From assembly GCA_041665485.1 (NCBI GenBank), contig JBAYIT010000001.1, forward strand, positions 277,156 to 341,155: 64,000 nt of DNA. The letters are read 5' to 3'. The notes below the pieces were generated by a model, which was not told the DNA's origin, did no database searches, and was given only the letters and a program-made list of their open reading frames with translations. The translations under genes were made by a program, and so were the position numbers. This document shows positions 29,661 through 37,493 of this stretch, one piece after another. This stretch comes from Candidatus Shapirobacteria bacterium (GTDB lineage Bacteria > Patescibacteriota > Microgenomatia > UBA12405). The stretch's first letter is position 1, and the number at the start of each line of letters is the position of its first letter.

Positions 29661-30233
29661 ATGATTTCAAGCCTAAAGGGAGTAATAACTAAAATTTGGG
29701 GGAGTAACTTAGAAATAGAGGTGAATGGGGTTGGATATGATGTGAAGTTTAAAGATCAAAGATCAAAGTTTAAAGTTGGAGATGAAATTAGATTAAAAAT
29801 TCATATGGCGGTGAGTGAGCATGATATTAGCCTTTTTGGCTTTGAAACAGACGAAGAATTGGATTTATTTAAATTATTAATAACGGTTTCTGGGGTGGGG
29901 CCGAAAACCGGGGCGCAGATATTGGGAAATTCGACGAGTATGGAGATAATTAAAGCGATAGGGGAGGCGGATGTGGGCTTTTTTGGAAAAATTAAGGGGA
30001 TTGGTAAGAAAACGGCCCAAAGAATAATTGTCGATTTGAAATCAAAGATTGGGGGCTTGGGAGAGTTGAATTTGCGGGATGATTTGCCACTACTTGACGA
30101 TGACTTGGGGGCTAGTTTACGGCAATTGGGATTTGATAGAAAAGAGATAGACAAGGTTATAGTAAAGTTGCCATCTGAACTAGAAACATTAGAGGAAAAA
30201 CTGCAGTGGTGTTTGCAGAATATGGGAGGGTAG
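29661..30233 (+). CDS. ruvA: Holliday junction DNA helicase RuvA
   Basis: MISSLKGVI...NGVGYDVKF...LFGFETDEELDLFKLLITVSGVGPKTGAQILG (RuvA domains I-II, HhH). Track start 29655 is TTG; ATG at 29661 preferred. Confidence 0.9.
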   Translation: MISSLKGVITKIWGSNLEIEVNGVGYDVKFKDQRSKFKVGDEIRLKIHMAVSEHDISLFGFETDEELDLFKLLITVSGVGPKTGAQILGNSTSMEIIKAIGEADVGFFGKIKGIGKKTAQRIIVDLKSKIGGLGELNLRDDLPLLDDDLGASLRQLGFDRKEIDKVIVKLPSELETLEEKLQWCLQNMGG

Positions 30234-30262
30234 TTTTGGGTTATATTTGGTAAAATGAATCT

Positions 30263-31222
30263 ATGAGTAAGGATGATTTAGACCCGAAACCAACCAAGGA
30301 AGAAAAGGTGGTGGAAAAAAGTTTGCGACCACAAACTTTATCTGAATTTATTGGCCAGGAGAAAACTAGACAACAGCTTAGGATTTTTATTGAGGCGGCC
30401 AAAAGGCGAGAAGAGGCAGCTGATCATATTTTGTTTTATGGGCCGCCGGGATTGGGAAAAACAACCCTAGCGTTTTTAATGGCCAAGGAAATGGGAGCGG
30501 GAATTAAAATTACTTCCGGGCCGGCCATAACTCGGGCGGGGGATATAGCGGCCATTCTTTCCACCCTAAAAAAAGGTGATTTTTTGTTTATTGATGAAAT
30601 TCATCGGTTAAACAAGGCGGTGGAGGAAATGCTATATAGCGCCATGGAAGATTTTGCTTTAGATATAATTTTGGGCAAAGGGCCGTTGGCAAAAACTGTT
30701 AGATTAAATTTACCTAAATTTACAATTGTGGGAGCAACAACTCGAATTGGAATGTTGTCGGGGCCACTGCGGGATCGGTTTGGTTATGTTCAACAATTGG
30801 ATTTTTACGATGATAATGAATTAAGAGAAATTGTGGAAAGAACGGCTGATGTATTGAAAGTTAAAATAGAGAGGGAAGCGGCGGGGGAGATTGCCAGGAG
30901 GAGCCGAGGGACGCCACGGGTGGCTAATAGGCTTTTGCGGCGGGTGCGCGATTTTGCCCAGGTCAACAGTGATGGATTAGTAACTTTGAAGGAAGTAAAA
31001 GAGGCCTTAGAAATGCTTGGGGTGGATGAAATGGGCTTGTCTGATGCTGACAGGCGGTATTTGGATATAGTCAAAACGCAGTATGGCGGGGGGCCAGTGG
31101 GAGTAGAAAATATCGCTGCGGCTTTGACGGAAGACATCGATACTATAACAGAAGTTTATGAGCCGTTTTTGATGAAAAAGGGGTTGGTGAAGAGAACGCC
31201 CCGCGGACGAGTAACAAATTAG
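30263..31222 (+). CDS. ruvB: Holliday junction DNA helicase RuvB (AAA+ ATPase)
   Basis: [19 protein letters not shown]...[16 protein letters not shown] (Walker A), FIDEIHRL (Walker B), C-terminal winged helix. Confidence 0.95.
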   Translation: MSKDDLDPKPTKEEKVVEKSLRPQTLSEFIGQEKTRQQLRIFIEAAKRREEAADHILFYGPPGLGKTTLAFLMAKEMGAGIKITSGPAITRAGDIAAILSTLKKGDFLFIDEIHRLNKAVEEMLYSAMEDFALDIILGKGPLAKTVRLNLPKFTIVGATTRIGMLSGPLRDRFGYVQQLDFYDDNELREIVERTADVLKVKIEREAAGEIARRSRGTPRVANRLLRRVRDFAQVNSDGLVTLKEVKEALEMLGVDEMGLSDADRRYLDIVKTQYGGGPVGVENIAAALTEDIDTITEVYEPFLMKKGLVKRTPRGRVTN

Positions 31223-31236
31223 GAGATTGACGCTAG

Positions 31237-31254
31237 TTGTACAAGGTTGTACAA
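31237..31254 (+). promoter_or_regulatory. Two tandem self-complementary octamers TTGTACAA-gg-TTGTACAA immediately upstream of the antitoxin gene; candidate autoregulatory operator
   Basis: agTTGTACAAggTTGTACAAttgggatATG; TTGTACAA is its own reverse complement. Confidence 0.45.
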
Positions 31255-31261
31255 TTGGGAT

Positions 31262-31537
31262 ATGAATACAAAAGTAAAATTTGTTGATTCAAGTAAGGCG
31301 AGGGCAGAGTTTTTTGATATTTTGACGGCCATATACACCAAGGGTGAGGAGTTTGTGGTGAGAAAATCAGGGATACCGATGATAAAAATGATACCTTATG
31401 GTGATAAACCAAATGATTTTAAGCGTTTTTCCGGAATAATCAGTGAAAAGGAGGCTGATAGAATGACCAAGCTGGTTAAAAGTGGAAGGAAAGACGGGTC
31501 CAGTAAAAAGAAATATTTAGCTAATTGGGGTGACTAA
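31262..31537 (+). CDS. Type II antitoxin, Phd/YefM-like (VapB role)
   Basis: MNTKVKFVDSSKARAEFFDILTAIYTKGEEFVVRKSGIPMIKMIPYGD; stop 3 nt before the PIN-toxin gene. Track start at 31247 is TTG. Confidence 0.6.
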   Translation: MNTKVKFVDSSKARAEFFDILTAIYTKGEEFVVRKSGIPMIKMIPYGDKPNDFKRFSGIISEKEADRMTKLVKSGRKDGSSKKKYLANWGD

Positions 31538-31539
31538 AA

Positions 31540-31914
31540 ATGTATTTGATTGATACGGACTATTTAATTGGATATTTGAGAGGAAAGAAGGATGTGGTGG
31601 AGGAATTAGATTTATTTGATATAAACTTGTGGTCTACAAGTGTTATTTGTGTGGGTGAGGTGTTGGAAGGGGTGGTAGACAAGAACAAACAAAAAGTAGA
31701 AAAGTGGTTTGAAGAAATGAAGATTTTTGAGGTTGATTTAAGGGTGGCAAGAGTTTTTGCTGAAATTAGGAGAGAGTTGAGGAAGCAAGGAAATTTGATT
31801 GACAATATGGATTTGTTGATTGCTTCGACTTGCTTGGCTTACGATTTGATCCTAGTAACGAGCAATAAAAAACATTTTGAGAGGATTGGTGGATTGAAAA
31901 TTTGGGAGAAATAA
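31540..31914 (+). CDS. vapC: PIN-domain toxin VapC
   Basis: MYLIDTDYLIGYLRGKK...VLEGV...LLIASTCLAYDLILVTSNKKHFERI (PIN acidic residues D6, E, D, D). Confidence 0.8.
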   Translation: MYLIDTDYLIGYLRGKKDVVEELDLFDINLWSTSVICVGEVLEGVVDKNKQKVEKWFEEMKIFEVDLRVARVFAEIRRELRKQGNLIDNMDLLIASTCLAYDLILVTSNKKHFERIGGLKIWEK

Positions 31915-31969
31915 ATCAAAAAAGGAGCCCTCCTAAGAGAACCCCTTTTAAGTCAAAGTAATTGTCGTT

Positions 31970-32224
31970 TTATTCAGTTTGAATTCCCAAAAGCCAGAGA
32001 ACGGCTTCTTTGCGATAGCGGCGGTCGCCACGAGCATTGATGCGGATAGCGGGGAGCTTACCCCGTTTGCCCCAGCGCTTAACAGTTAGTTTGCTAACAC
32101 GAAGGAGATCGGCCACTTCGGCAACGGTTAAAAGATCAGGAAGATTGTCAATGGAAACTCCGTTGACTTTCTTGGCGGGTACTTGTTTCACAAGTTTATC
32201 TTGTGACATATTTTGTTCGTCCAT
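31970..32224 (-). CDS. Excisionase/MerR-type helix-turn-helix DNA-binding protein
   Basis: LLTVAEVADLLRVSKLTVKRWGKRGKLPAIRINARGDRRYRKEAVLWL (excisionase-family HTH). Confidence 0.65.
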   Translation of the reverse strand: MDEQNMSQDKLVKQVPAKKVNGVSIDNLPDLLTVAEVADLLRVSKLTVKRWGKRGKLPAIRINARGDRRYRKEAVLWLLGIQTE

Positions 32225-32445
32225 GGTGTGTATCGGGGCAGGTCTAAATAATGTTTAACTATAAAGAGTAAACCATAAAGGATGTTAGTGTGTCAATATG
32301 ATAGTCGAATGTAGAAAGTTAAAAGTTTATAAAGTTTGGGAAAGTGAGGAAAAGTACAACAAGAGAGCAATGGGGAGGGGAAGAAAGGGAGGGGAGGATA
32401 GCCGGGCCCAGGGTGTCAGAAGATGACAGTGGGCCCGGCAGGAGA

Positions 32446-32610
32446 TTAGCGGAGAAGACGTTCGAGGACAATTCCGAGAAGAATTCCGGTAATACCACCG
32501 CCAACACCGCCGATGAGCCAAGCTACATCACCTTGCAAACCGACTGCGAAAGCGACGAACCAGCCGATCAGGAGCCCCCCGAAGGCGAACCTACCAAGAT
32601 TGTTTTTCAT
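32446..32610 (-). CDS. Small glycine-zipper membrane protein, GlsB/YeaQ/YmgE-like (paralog 3 of 3)
   Basis: MKNNLGRFAFGGLLIGWFVAFAVGLQGDVAWLIGGVGGGITGILLGIVLERLLR; ATG at 32610 inside track ORF 32446..32697. Confidence 0.5.
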   Translation of the reverse strand: MKNNLGRFAFGGLLIGWFVAFAVGLQGDVAWLIGGVGGGITGILLGIVLERLLR

Positions 32611-32618
32611 TTTGTCCC

Positions 32619-32795
32619 CTATCCGTTGATGATTCGATCTACGATGACCCCAATTGCCGCTGCTACAATGCCACCGACTACGCCGGAGAGGAACCATTCC
32701 AGTCCCTTTAGGTTAACTATTGCTCCGACGATCCAGCCGATGAGAATTCCGATTTTTATGAGCTGTGTCATTCGTGGATCAGTCCCATAGTCCAT
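32619..32795 (-). CDS. Small glycine-zipper membrane protein, GlsB/YeaQ/YmgE-like (paralog 2 of 3; below track length cutoff)
   Basis: Hand-translated: MDYGTDPRMTQLIKIGILIGWIVGAIVNLKGLEWFLSGVVGGIVAAAIGVIVDRIING*; 58 aa, not in the ORF track. Confidence 0.5.
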   Translation of the reverse strand: MDYGTDPRMTQLIKIGILIGWIVGAIVNLKGLEWFLSGVVGGIVAAAIGVIVDRIING

Positions 32796-32796
32796 T

Positions 32797-33024
32797 TTAT
32801 TTTCTCCTTCCGTAGTAGAGAACTAGATTTGGTGCGAGGCCGATCATGAAACCGATGGCCAAATCGGAGTCTAACCCGACTACTAGTACAAGACCGAAGA
32901 CTAACCCAGTCAGGACGATGTACCCCACAAAGTTGACGAAAAATCCAACCTTGCGAAGTATCCAGCCGACTGCTAGGCCGGCAAAAACACCAGTGGTGGT
33001 GGGAAACAATAATAGAACTTCCAC
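32797..33024 (-). CDS. Small glycine-zipper membrane protein, GlsB/YeaQ/YmgE-like (paralog 1 of 3)
   Basis: (GTG)EVLLLFPTTTGVFAGLAVGWILRKVGFFVNFVGYIVLTGLVFGLVLVVGL...; AAGGAAG Shine-Dalgarno 7 nt upstream of GTG. Confidence 0.5.
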   Translation of the reverse strand: MEVLLLFPTTTGVFAGLAVGWILRKVGFFVNFVGYIVLTGLVFGLVLVVGLDSDLAIGFMIGLAPNLVLYYGRRK

Positions 33025-33169
33025 TCTTTATCTTCCTTTCTTCTGTTTTTTCCGCTCAAACTACAGCAGAGATCGAGGTGTGGCGAGCACACTCCGGTTT
33101 CTGCCGTAGCTTTTCCATTGCTCTCTTGTAAAAGATCCGGTTAGCTGGCCGATTGGATTGGTGCGTTTA

Positions 33170-33198
33170 CCAAAAAACCGGCCATTTCTTGGCCGGTT
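33170..33198 (-). terminator. Rho-independent terminator-like hairpin on minus strand (AACCGGCCA-loop-TGGCCGGTT followed by TTTTTTGG)
   Basis: Minus-strand reading aaccggccaagaaatggccggttttttgg; lies ~150 nt upstream of the YeaQ-like gene cluster with no annotated upstream minus-strand gene. Confidence 0.5.
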
Positions 33199-33381
33199 AT
33201 AAATCTTGAAGCGAATGAGTCAAAAAGCTTAAAGAGCTCCGATATTTGACTCTAAGGTAGCTTCAAGCAAGGCGTTGTTAGATTAACTAACTTAGCTTAC
33301 TAGAACAACCTATAATAACATGGTGGAATGGATTTGTCAACTGTTTGTTGCTAAAAAAATATTTTTTAGTAATATGGATGT

Positions 33382-33684
33382 ATGGATATATTAGGTGTTG
33401 TTGTAGAAAAATTGAGACCAAAGTCACCTGCAGAGAAGCGGATGAGTGATTGGGTTAAAGAGCAAAAGAGGAGTGGGAGAGAGGCGGTGGCCGCAGCTCA
33501 GAGGGACTTTATTGATGTAGTGACAGCGCCGATTGCTCCGCCAACAGTAGAAGAGTTAATGGATACGGAGAGGGCAATTAAAGCCGATGCAACTATTGAT
33601 GAAGTAAACAGAAGGTTAGATGCTCAAGTGGAAGTGAGGAGGCATGTGGCACAAATAAGACAAATTGTTGGTAGTAAGAAATAA
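33382..33684 (+). CDS. Hypothetical protein
   Basis: ORF with ATG start, 100 aa, charged/helical; no recognisable motif. Confidence 0.4.
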   Translation: MDILGVVVEKLRPKSPAEKRMSDWVKEQKRSGREAVAAAQRDFIDVVTAPIAPPTVEELMDTERAIKADATIDEVNRRLDAQVEVRRHVAQIRQIVGSKK

Positions 33685-33686
33685 TA

Positions 33687-33956
33687 ATGGCCGACATTAC
33701 AGTAAAACAACTTTTGGAACTTCAACGGCAACAGGCGGAAGAGTCGTATCAGGGTGTTGATGATTTGGAGATTGCCAAGGAAGAACTAGGGATAAAGGAT
33801 GGCACAGATCCTGACTTTGTGGCTTTGTGCCAAAAGTTGCAGGTAGAGATGGATGGCCAAAACGTTTTGAAGGTTATTGGCTTTGCAAGGAGGTTTGTGG
33901 ATATTTTTTTGGGGATTAAATATGAGGGAAAGCCGTTAGAAGAGAAGGTTGTCTAG
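33687..33956 (+). CDS. Hypothetical protein
   Basis: 89 aa ORF, 2 nt after preceding stop (operon-like packing). Confidence 0.4.
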   Translation: MADITVKQLLELQRQQAEESYQGVDDLEIAKEELGIKDGTDPDFVALCQKLQVEMDGQNVLKVIGFARRFVDIFLGIKYEGKPLEEKVV

Positions 33957-33963
33957 AATATTA

Positions 33964-35031
33964 ATGGTGGCTAAAGATGTTTTTGAATTGCGGATGGTTG
34001 GTGGTAAGGGTGTTGGTGAGGCAGAGTTGGCCAGTATGAAAGCTGATTTTGAGGCAGAAAGAGAGATGGTTAGAGCGATGCCGGGGGAAGGCTTAGAACC
34101 AGCAAAATTGTCGGAGGGGACAATGCGGGTATTGAGGGGTATGGAGGCCAGTGCCCGTGAATTTTTAATCGAAAAAATTCAGAGACTGGGAATTGAGGGA
34201 TATGAGCCGGACTTATTGCCTGTTCAATATGTTCGCCATGCTTCCAGCGATTTGGGTTTTTTGGGGATGAGCAGTGAGGGTGGATATGTTGATGTTTATA
34301 ACCGACTAGTGGTTGGGGTAGATCATGGTCCGTTGTCGACGATAGCTACTCTTGGTCACGAATTAAGCCATGCTGCGGCTAGAACCAGATTGGTGTTGTA
34401 TATGACCAAAGGAGTTGATGGAAAAGTTGAACTAAAAAGCGGAGCCCACGTAAAGGGTCTTAATTTACCTTCTGGCCAAAGGTGTTCGGAGATTTGTATT
34501 TTGCCCGAAGAATTGGTAGCAACTATGGATGAGGTAGATTTTATGGGCGAGCGAGTGGCCAGAGAATTACCCCAATTATACGTAAAAGAGAGAGCTAAAA
34601 TTGACGACGAGGTAAATGGTTTTTTAGTTAGAGACGCAATAGAGGAAATGAGGAGAGGTGGCTGGGAGATTCCGCCTGATTTAGATTTAGTGCCTTTTGT
34701 TCAGGAGTTGGGGGTTAGCGAAAGTGGTGATGAGTGCCTATTGTTGCTGGATGGGGTTATTATTAGAAGGTACTTATTGGGTTTGAGAATATCTGAACTG
34801 ATCGGACGTTTTCAGAAAGGGGAAGGTTTTACCAAGGAGGATTATTATCGTGTAGGTAGATGTGTTTTAGATAGGGACAGATATGTACAGGGTAATGATG
34901 TTCATCGGATGTTGGTTAAGATTTTTGGTGGTAAGGAATCAAAGGTGTTATTTACGGCTGGAGATGGTTTGGCTGATTTAGAGAAGGTACACGAGTTGGT
35001 GTCTAAGAAAGAATTGGAATATAAAATTTAA
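33964..35031 (+). CDS. Hypothetical protein with HExxH motif (possible zincin-like)
   Basis: ...VGVDHGPLSTIATLGHELSHAAARTRLVLYM...; track start 33949 is TTG overlapping previous stop, ATG at 33964 preferred. Confidence 0.45.
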   Translation: MVAKDVFELRMVGGKGVGEAELASMKADFEAEREMVRAMPGEGLEPAKLSEGTMRVLRGMEASAREFLIEKIQRLGIEGYEPDLLPVQYVRHASSDLGFLGMSSEGGYVDVYNRLVVGVDHGPLSTIATLGHELSHAAARTRLVLYMTKGVDGKVELKSGAHVKGLNLPSGQRCSEICILPEELVATMDEVDFMGERVARELPQLYVKERAKIDDEVNGFLVRDAIEEMRRGGWEIPPDLDLVPFVQELGVSESGDECLLLLDGVIIRRYLLGLRISELIGRFQKGEGFTKEDYYRVGRCVLDRDRYVQGNDVHRMLVKIFGGKESKVLFTAGDGLADLEKVHELVSKKELEYKI

Positions 35032-35082
35032 AGATTGAGGGTGCCAATAGAAGAAATTTATATTTTGCTGTAAAATGGGTTT

Positions 35083-35808
35083 ATGACAAAAACAAATCGT
35101 GGTGGAGAGGGATTTGGGGGATATGTTGATGGTTTAAATGATGTAGATATTGCTCCAGGGAGACCGGGGGCGTTAGGTGGGGCGGTTGACTATGTGATTC
35201 AGAAAGCTGGTTTGGAGGAAGTATTAGACGGGGAAATGTTGGTAACACCGGATAGACACAAGGAGGCGGTTTCGTATTTACTTGATGTTCAGAGAGGGGC
35301 GGGGCAACCGGCGGTGTTGCACTTGGTGGCGCCAACTGGTGATGATCAAGCAAATAGGAGGGGTGAACAAGGTACGGCTAGTTCGATGGCTTTACAGGTA
35401 ATAAAATTAGCTAGAAAGGTGAAGCAATGTGGGGGAGATTGGAATACTGAGAGACAATTAGTTGGCGGTTCGCCGAGACTGGAAATTGAGGTGCCGTTTG
35501 ATCCAAAGGATTTTAATACGACGTTGGGGTTAGAACTAGGTACTATTGAGGACGTGCTAGCCAACGGAGGAGTAGAAGGTAAAGATCCGATTAAAGAAAC
35601 TCGTGATTGGCAGAGAAAAATAATGTTGGATGGGAGAAATTATGCTTTGCCGCCAGAAGTTCCTGAAGGAGGATGTGTAGTGGTTGATAGATTAAAAGGT
35701 GAAAACGGAGGAAAATTGGTGGTTTTTGGCTCGGAGAGCTTTATTGGGGTGGTTGCTATTGGTGTGGTTGGAAAACCCAATCCAGAAGTGTTTTTGGTGG
35801 AGAGGTAA
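35083..35808 (+). CDS. Hypothetical protein
   Basis: 241 aa ORF, Gly-rich N-terminus (MTKTNRGGEGFGGYVDG); no recognisable family. Confidence 0.45.
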   Translation: MTKTNRGGEGFGGYVDGLNDVDIAPGRPGALGGAVDYVIQKAGLEEVLDGEMLVTPDRHKEAVSYLLDVQRGAGQPAVLHLVAPTGDDQANRRGEQGTASSMALQVIKLARKVKQCGGDWNTERQLVGGSPRLEIEVPFDPKDFNTTLGLELGTIEDVLANGGVEGKDPIKETRDWQRKIMLDGRNYALPPEVPEGGCVVVDRLKGENGGKLVVFGSESFIGVVAIGVVGKPNPEVFLVER

Positions 35809-35821
35809 AATTTAGAGCTTT

Positions 35822-36478
35822 TTATTGTTGCGCTTTGCCACCGTACCAAGCTGAGTTGTCTCTGACGTAAGCAAAGGCCTTGTCGGCAGATGTTTGATCA
35901 AGTATTCTGGTGTCTCGGCCAAGTCTTAATTCGTGAAGACGCATTTGGTTTTGAGGGTTTGCACTGGCGATTTCAGCTTCAATTTCGGTTTGTTCGTGTT
36001 GAGAACGGCGCAAAAATTGGTGAGCAAGCTCACGGGTGCATTGGACGAGAGAAGCATCAAGAGGCTGTGTGCCAGTCAAGTAATCGAGAGCTCTTTGGAA
36101 GCCGTTTCGGGAAGTAGTTAATTCTTCAACAGTTGCTTCGGGTTGTTTGATACCAAAATCTAAGATGGCAATTTCGGCTTGGAATAGTTCGGCCAATTGG
36201 GTTGGGTCTGGAGTGGGGAAGTCTGTATTTGGTAGAACCAAGTCAGATGGCATGGGGAATCTGATGTCGTGGAAAGCTATTGACCGTTCTAGAGCTTTGG
36301 AGTTAGATTCAGGGAGGGTTCCTGCTTTGGCTTGAGACAGAAGGTCCCATTCGTCTTTTAAGGTGGTGGCTCCGTAAACCGTAACTTCTTGAGCACCGAA
36401 ACAGGCAGTTTGGGCTTGGAGTAATCTGGTTTGGAGTTGATCAATAGTTGGTTGTGGAGCTTCTGGTGTTTGTGTCAT
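35822..36478 (-). CDS. Hypothetical protein
   Basis: 218 aa ORF on minus strand, convergent with upstream block. Confidence 0.4.
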   Translation of the reverse strand: MTQTPEAPQPTIDQLQTRLLQAQTACFGAQEVTVYGATTLKDEWDLLSQAKAGTLPESNSKALERSIAFHDIRFPMPSDLVLPNTDFPTPDPTQLAELFQAEIAILDFGIKQPEATVEELTTSRNGFQRALDYLTGTQPLDASLVQCTRELAHQFLRRSQHEQTEIEAEIASANPQNQMRLHELRLGRDTRILDQTSADKAFAYVRDNSAWYGGKAQQ

Positions 36479-36512
36479 ATAAGAAATATATCATAAAAAT
36501 AGTAAAAGTGAG

Positions 36513-36575
36513 GTAAAATGGATTAATGGACTACAAAATTGGTTTTTTTGGGGTGAAGAGTTGGGAGAGGGAGGC
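36513..36575 (+). pseudogene. Orphan copy 1 of the 5' end (start codon + ~17 codons) of the 2-hydroxyacid dehydrogenase gene found intact at 41574
   Basis: gtaaaatggattaatggactacaaaattggtttttttggggtgaagagttgggagagggaggc ~ 41561-41625 (MDYKIGFFGVKSWEREA); diverges afterwards. Confidence 0.7.
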
Positions 36576-36593
36576 AGGGATTAAAACGAAGTA

Positions 36594-36622
36594 TTGACAA
36601 TATGTGGTGTTGGGTATATACA
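36594..36622 (+). promoter_or_regulatory. Sigma70-like promoter for brnT copy 1 (TTGACA-N17-TATACA)
   Basis: TTGACA at 36594-36599, 17-nt spacer, TATACA 36617-36622, ATG 11 nt downstream (short leader). Confidence 0.5.
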
Positions 36623-36633
36623 TATAACAGACA

Positions 36634-36927
36634 ATGAGATTTGATATTTCAACTGATTTTGAGTGGGATGCCGGTAATGAAGACAAAAATTGGCTAAAGC
36701 ATCAAGTTTCAAAGTCGGAATGCGAAGAGATTTTTTTTGACCCAGAAAAAATCGAATTAAGAGATTCAGAGCATTCTAAAATAGAAGACAGATTAATCGT
36801 TTTGGGAAAAACCAAAAAGGAAAAATTATTGTTTGTGGTTTATACCAGAAGAAAGGACAAAATTAGAGTTATTTCGGCAAGGACGGCCGATAAAAAGGAA
36901 GAAAAATTATATGAAAAAAATGCTTAA
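36634..36927 (+). CDS. brnT: BrnT-family ribonuclease toxin (DUF497)
   Basis: MRFDISTDFEWDAGNEDKNWLKHQVSKSECEEIFFDPEKIELRDSEHSKIEDRLIVLGKTKKEKLLFVVYTRRKDKIRVISARTADKKEEKLY. Confidence 0.7.
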   Translation: MRFDISTDFEWDAGNEDKNWLKHQVSKSECEEIFFDPEKIELRDSEHSKIEDRLIVLGKTKKEKLLFVVYTRRKDKIRVISARTADKKEEKLYEKNA

Positions 36928-37171
36928 ACTACCAAAATTTAAGAACGAGGACGAAGAAAGAGATTTTTGGGCCAAAATTAGTTTGGCGGACTATTTTGAG
37001 GCTAAAGATTTTCAAAAAGTAAGCTTTCCTAATTTAAAGCCAACGTCGGAGGCAATTTCTATCAGGATACCTCAATATATGTTAGTAAGGATAAAAGAGA
37101 GAGCAAACGAGATAAACGTGCCGTATCAGACACTGATTAAAACCTATATTCAAGCGGGATTAGTGGCGTAG
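36911..37171 (+). CDS. brnA: BrnA-family antitoxin (RHH/CopG-like)
   Basis: MKKMLKLPKFKNEDEERDFWAKISLADYFE...SIRIPQYMLVRIKERANEINVPYQTLIKTYIQAGL; overlaps brnT by 17 nt. Confidence 0.65.
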   Translation: MKKMLKLPKFKNEDEERDFWAKISLADYFEAKDFQKVSFPNLKPTSEAISIRIPQYMLVRIKERANEINVPYQTLIKTYIQAGLVA

Positions 37172-37413
37172 TGTAAAATGGATTAATGGACTACAAAATT
37201 GGCTTTTTTGGAGTTAAGAGTTGGGAGAGGGAGGCGATTGAGAAAGAAATAATTAGATTGCCTTCGTTTGGGGTGGGGATATTTGAAAAAGAAGTCCAGG
37301 ATGATGTGGAATTGTGGTTGATGAGAGAGTTCTTTCCTGGTGGGAGTGTTCCTGTTTTAAGTGGGCAGGAAATGTCGGTGGCAAAAGGTGTGGAGGAGTT
37401 GTATGGATTGTAG
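37165..37413 (+). pseudogene. Orphan copy 2 of the dehydrogenase 5' end (~45 codons then divergent)
   Basis: ggcgtagtgtaaaatggattaatggactacaaaattgg...gatgtggaatt matches 41553-41705 incl. 20 nt upstream of ATG; ORF MDYKIGFFGVKSWEREAIEKEIIRLPSFGVGIFEKEVQDDVELW then unrelated tail. Confidence 0.7.
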
Positions 37414-37493
37414 CTAAGAGGCCATGTTGTTTTGTTAACTTTTTTGTCGGTTTGGTTAAAAAGGGGAGGAGGTGAAGATGTTAAAATGAGCCA

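Noticed and set aside
29801-30154. 117-aa minus-strand ORF
   Set aside because: It is antisense to ruvA.
32344-32790. 148-aa plus-strand ORF
   Set aside because: It lies antisense to the three tandem YeaQ-like genes and is low-complexity (Pro/Thr/Glu-rich).
36147-36335. Short plus-strand ORFs (also 35890..36117, 35933..36121)
   Set aside because: They are antisense to the 218-aa gene at 35822..36478.
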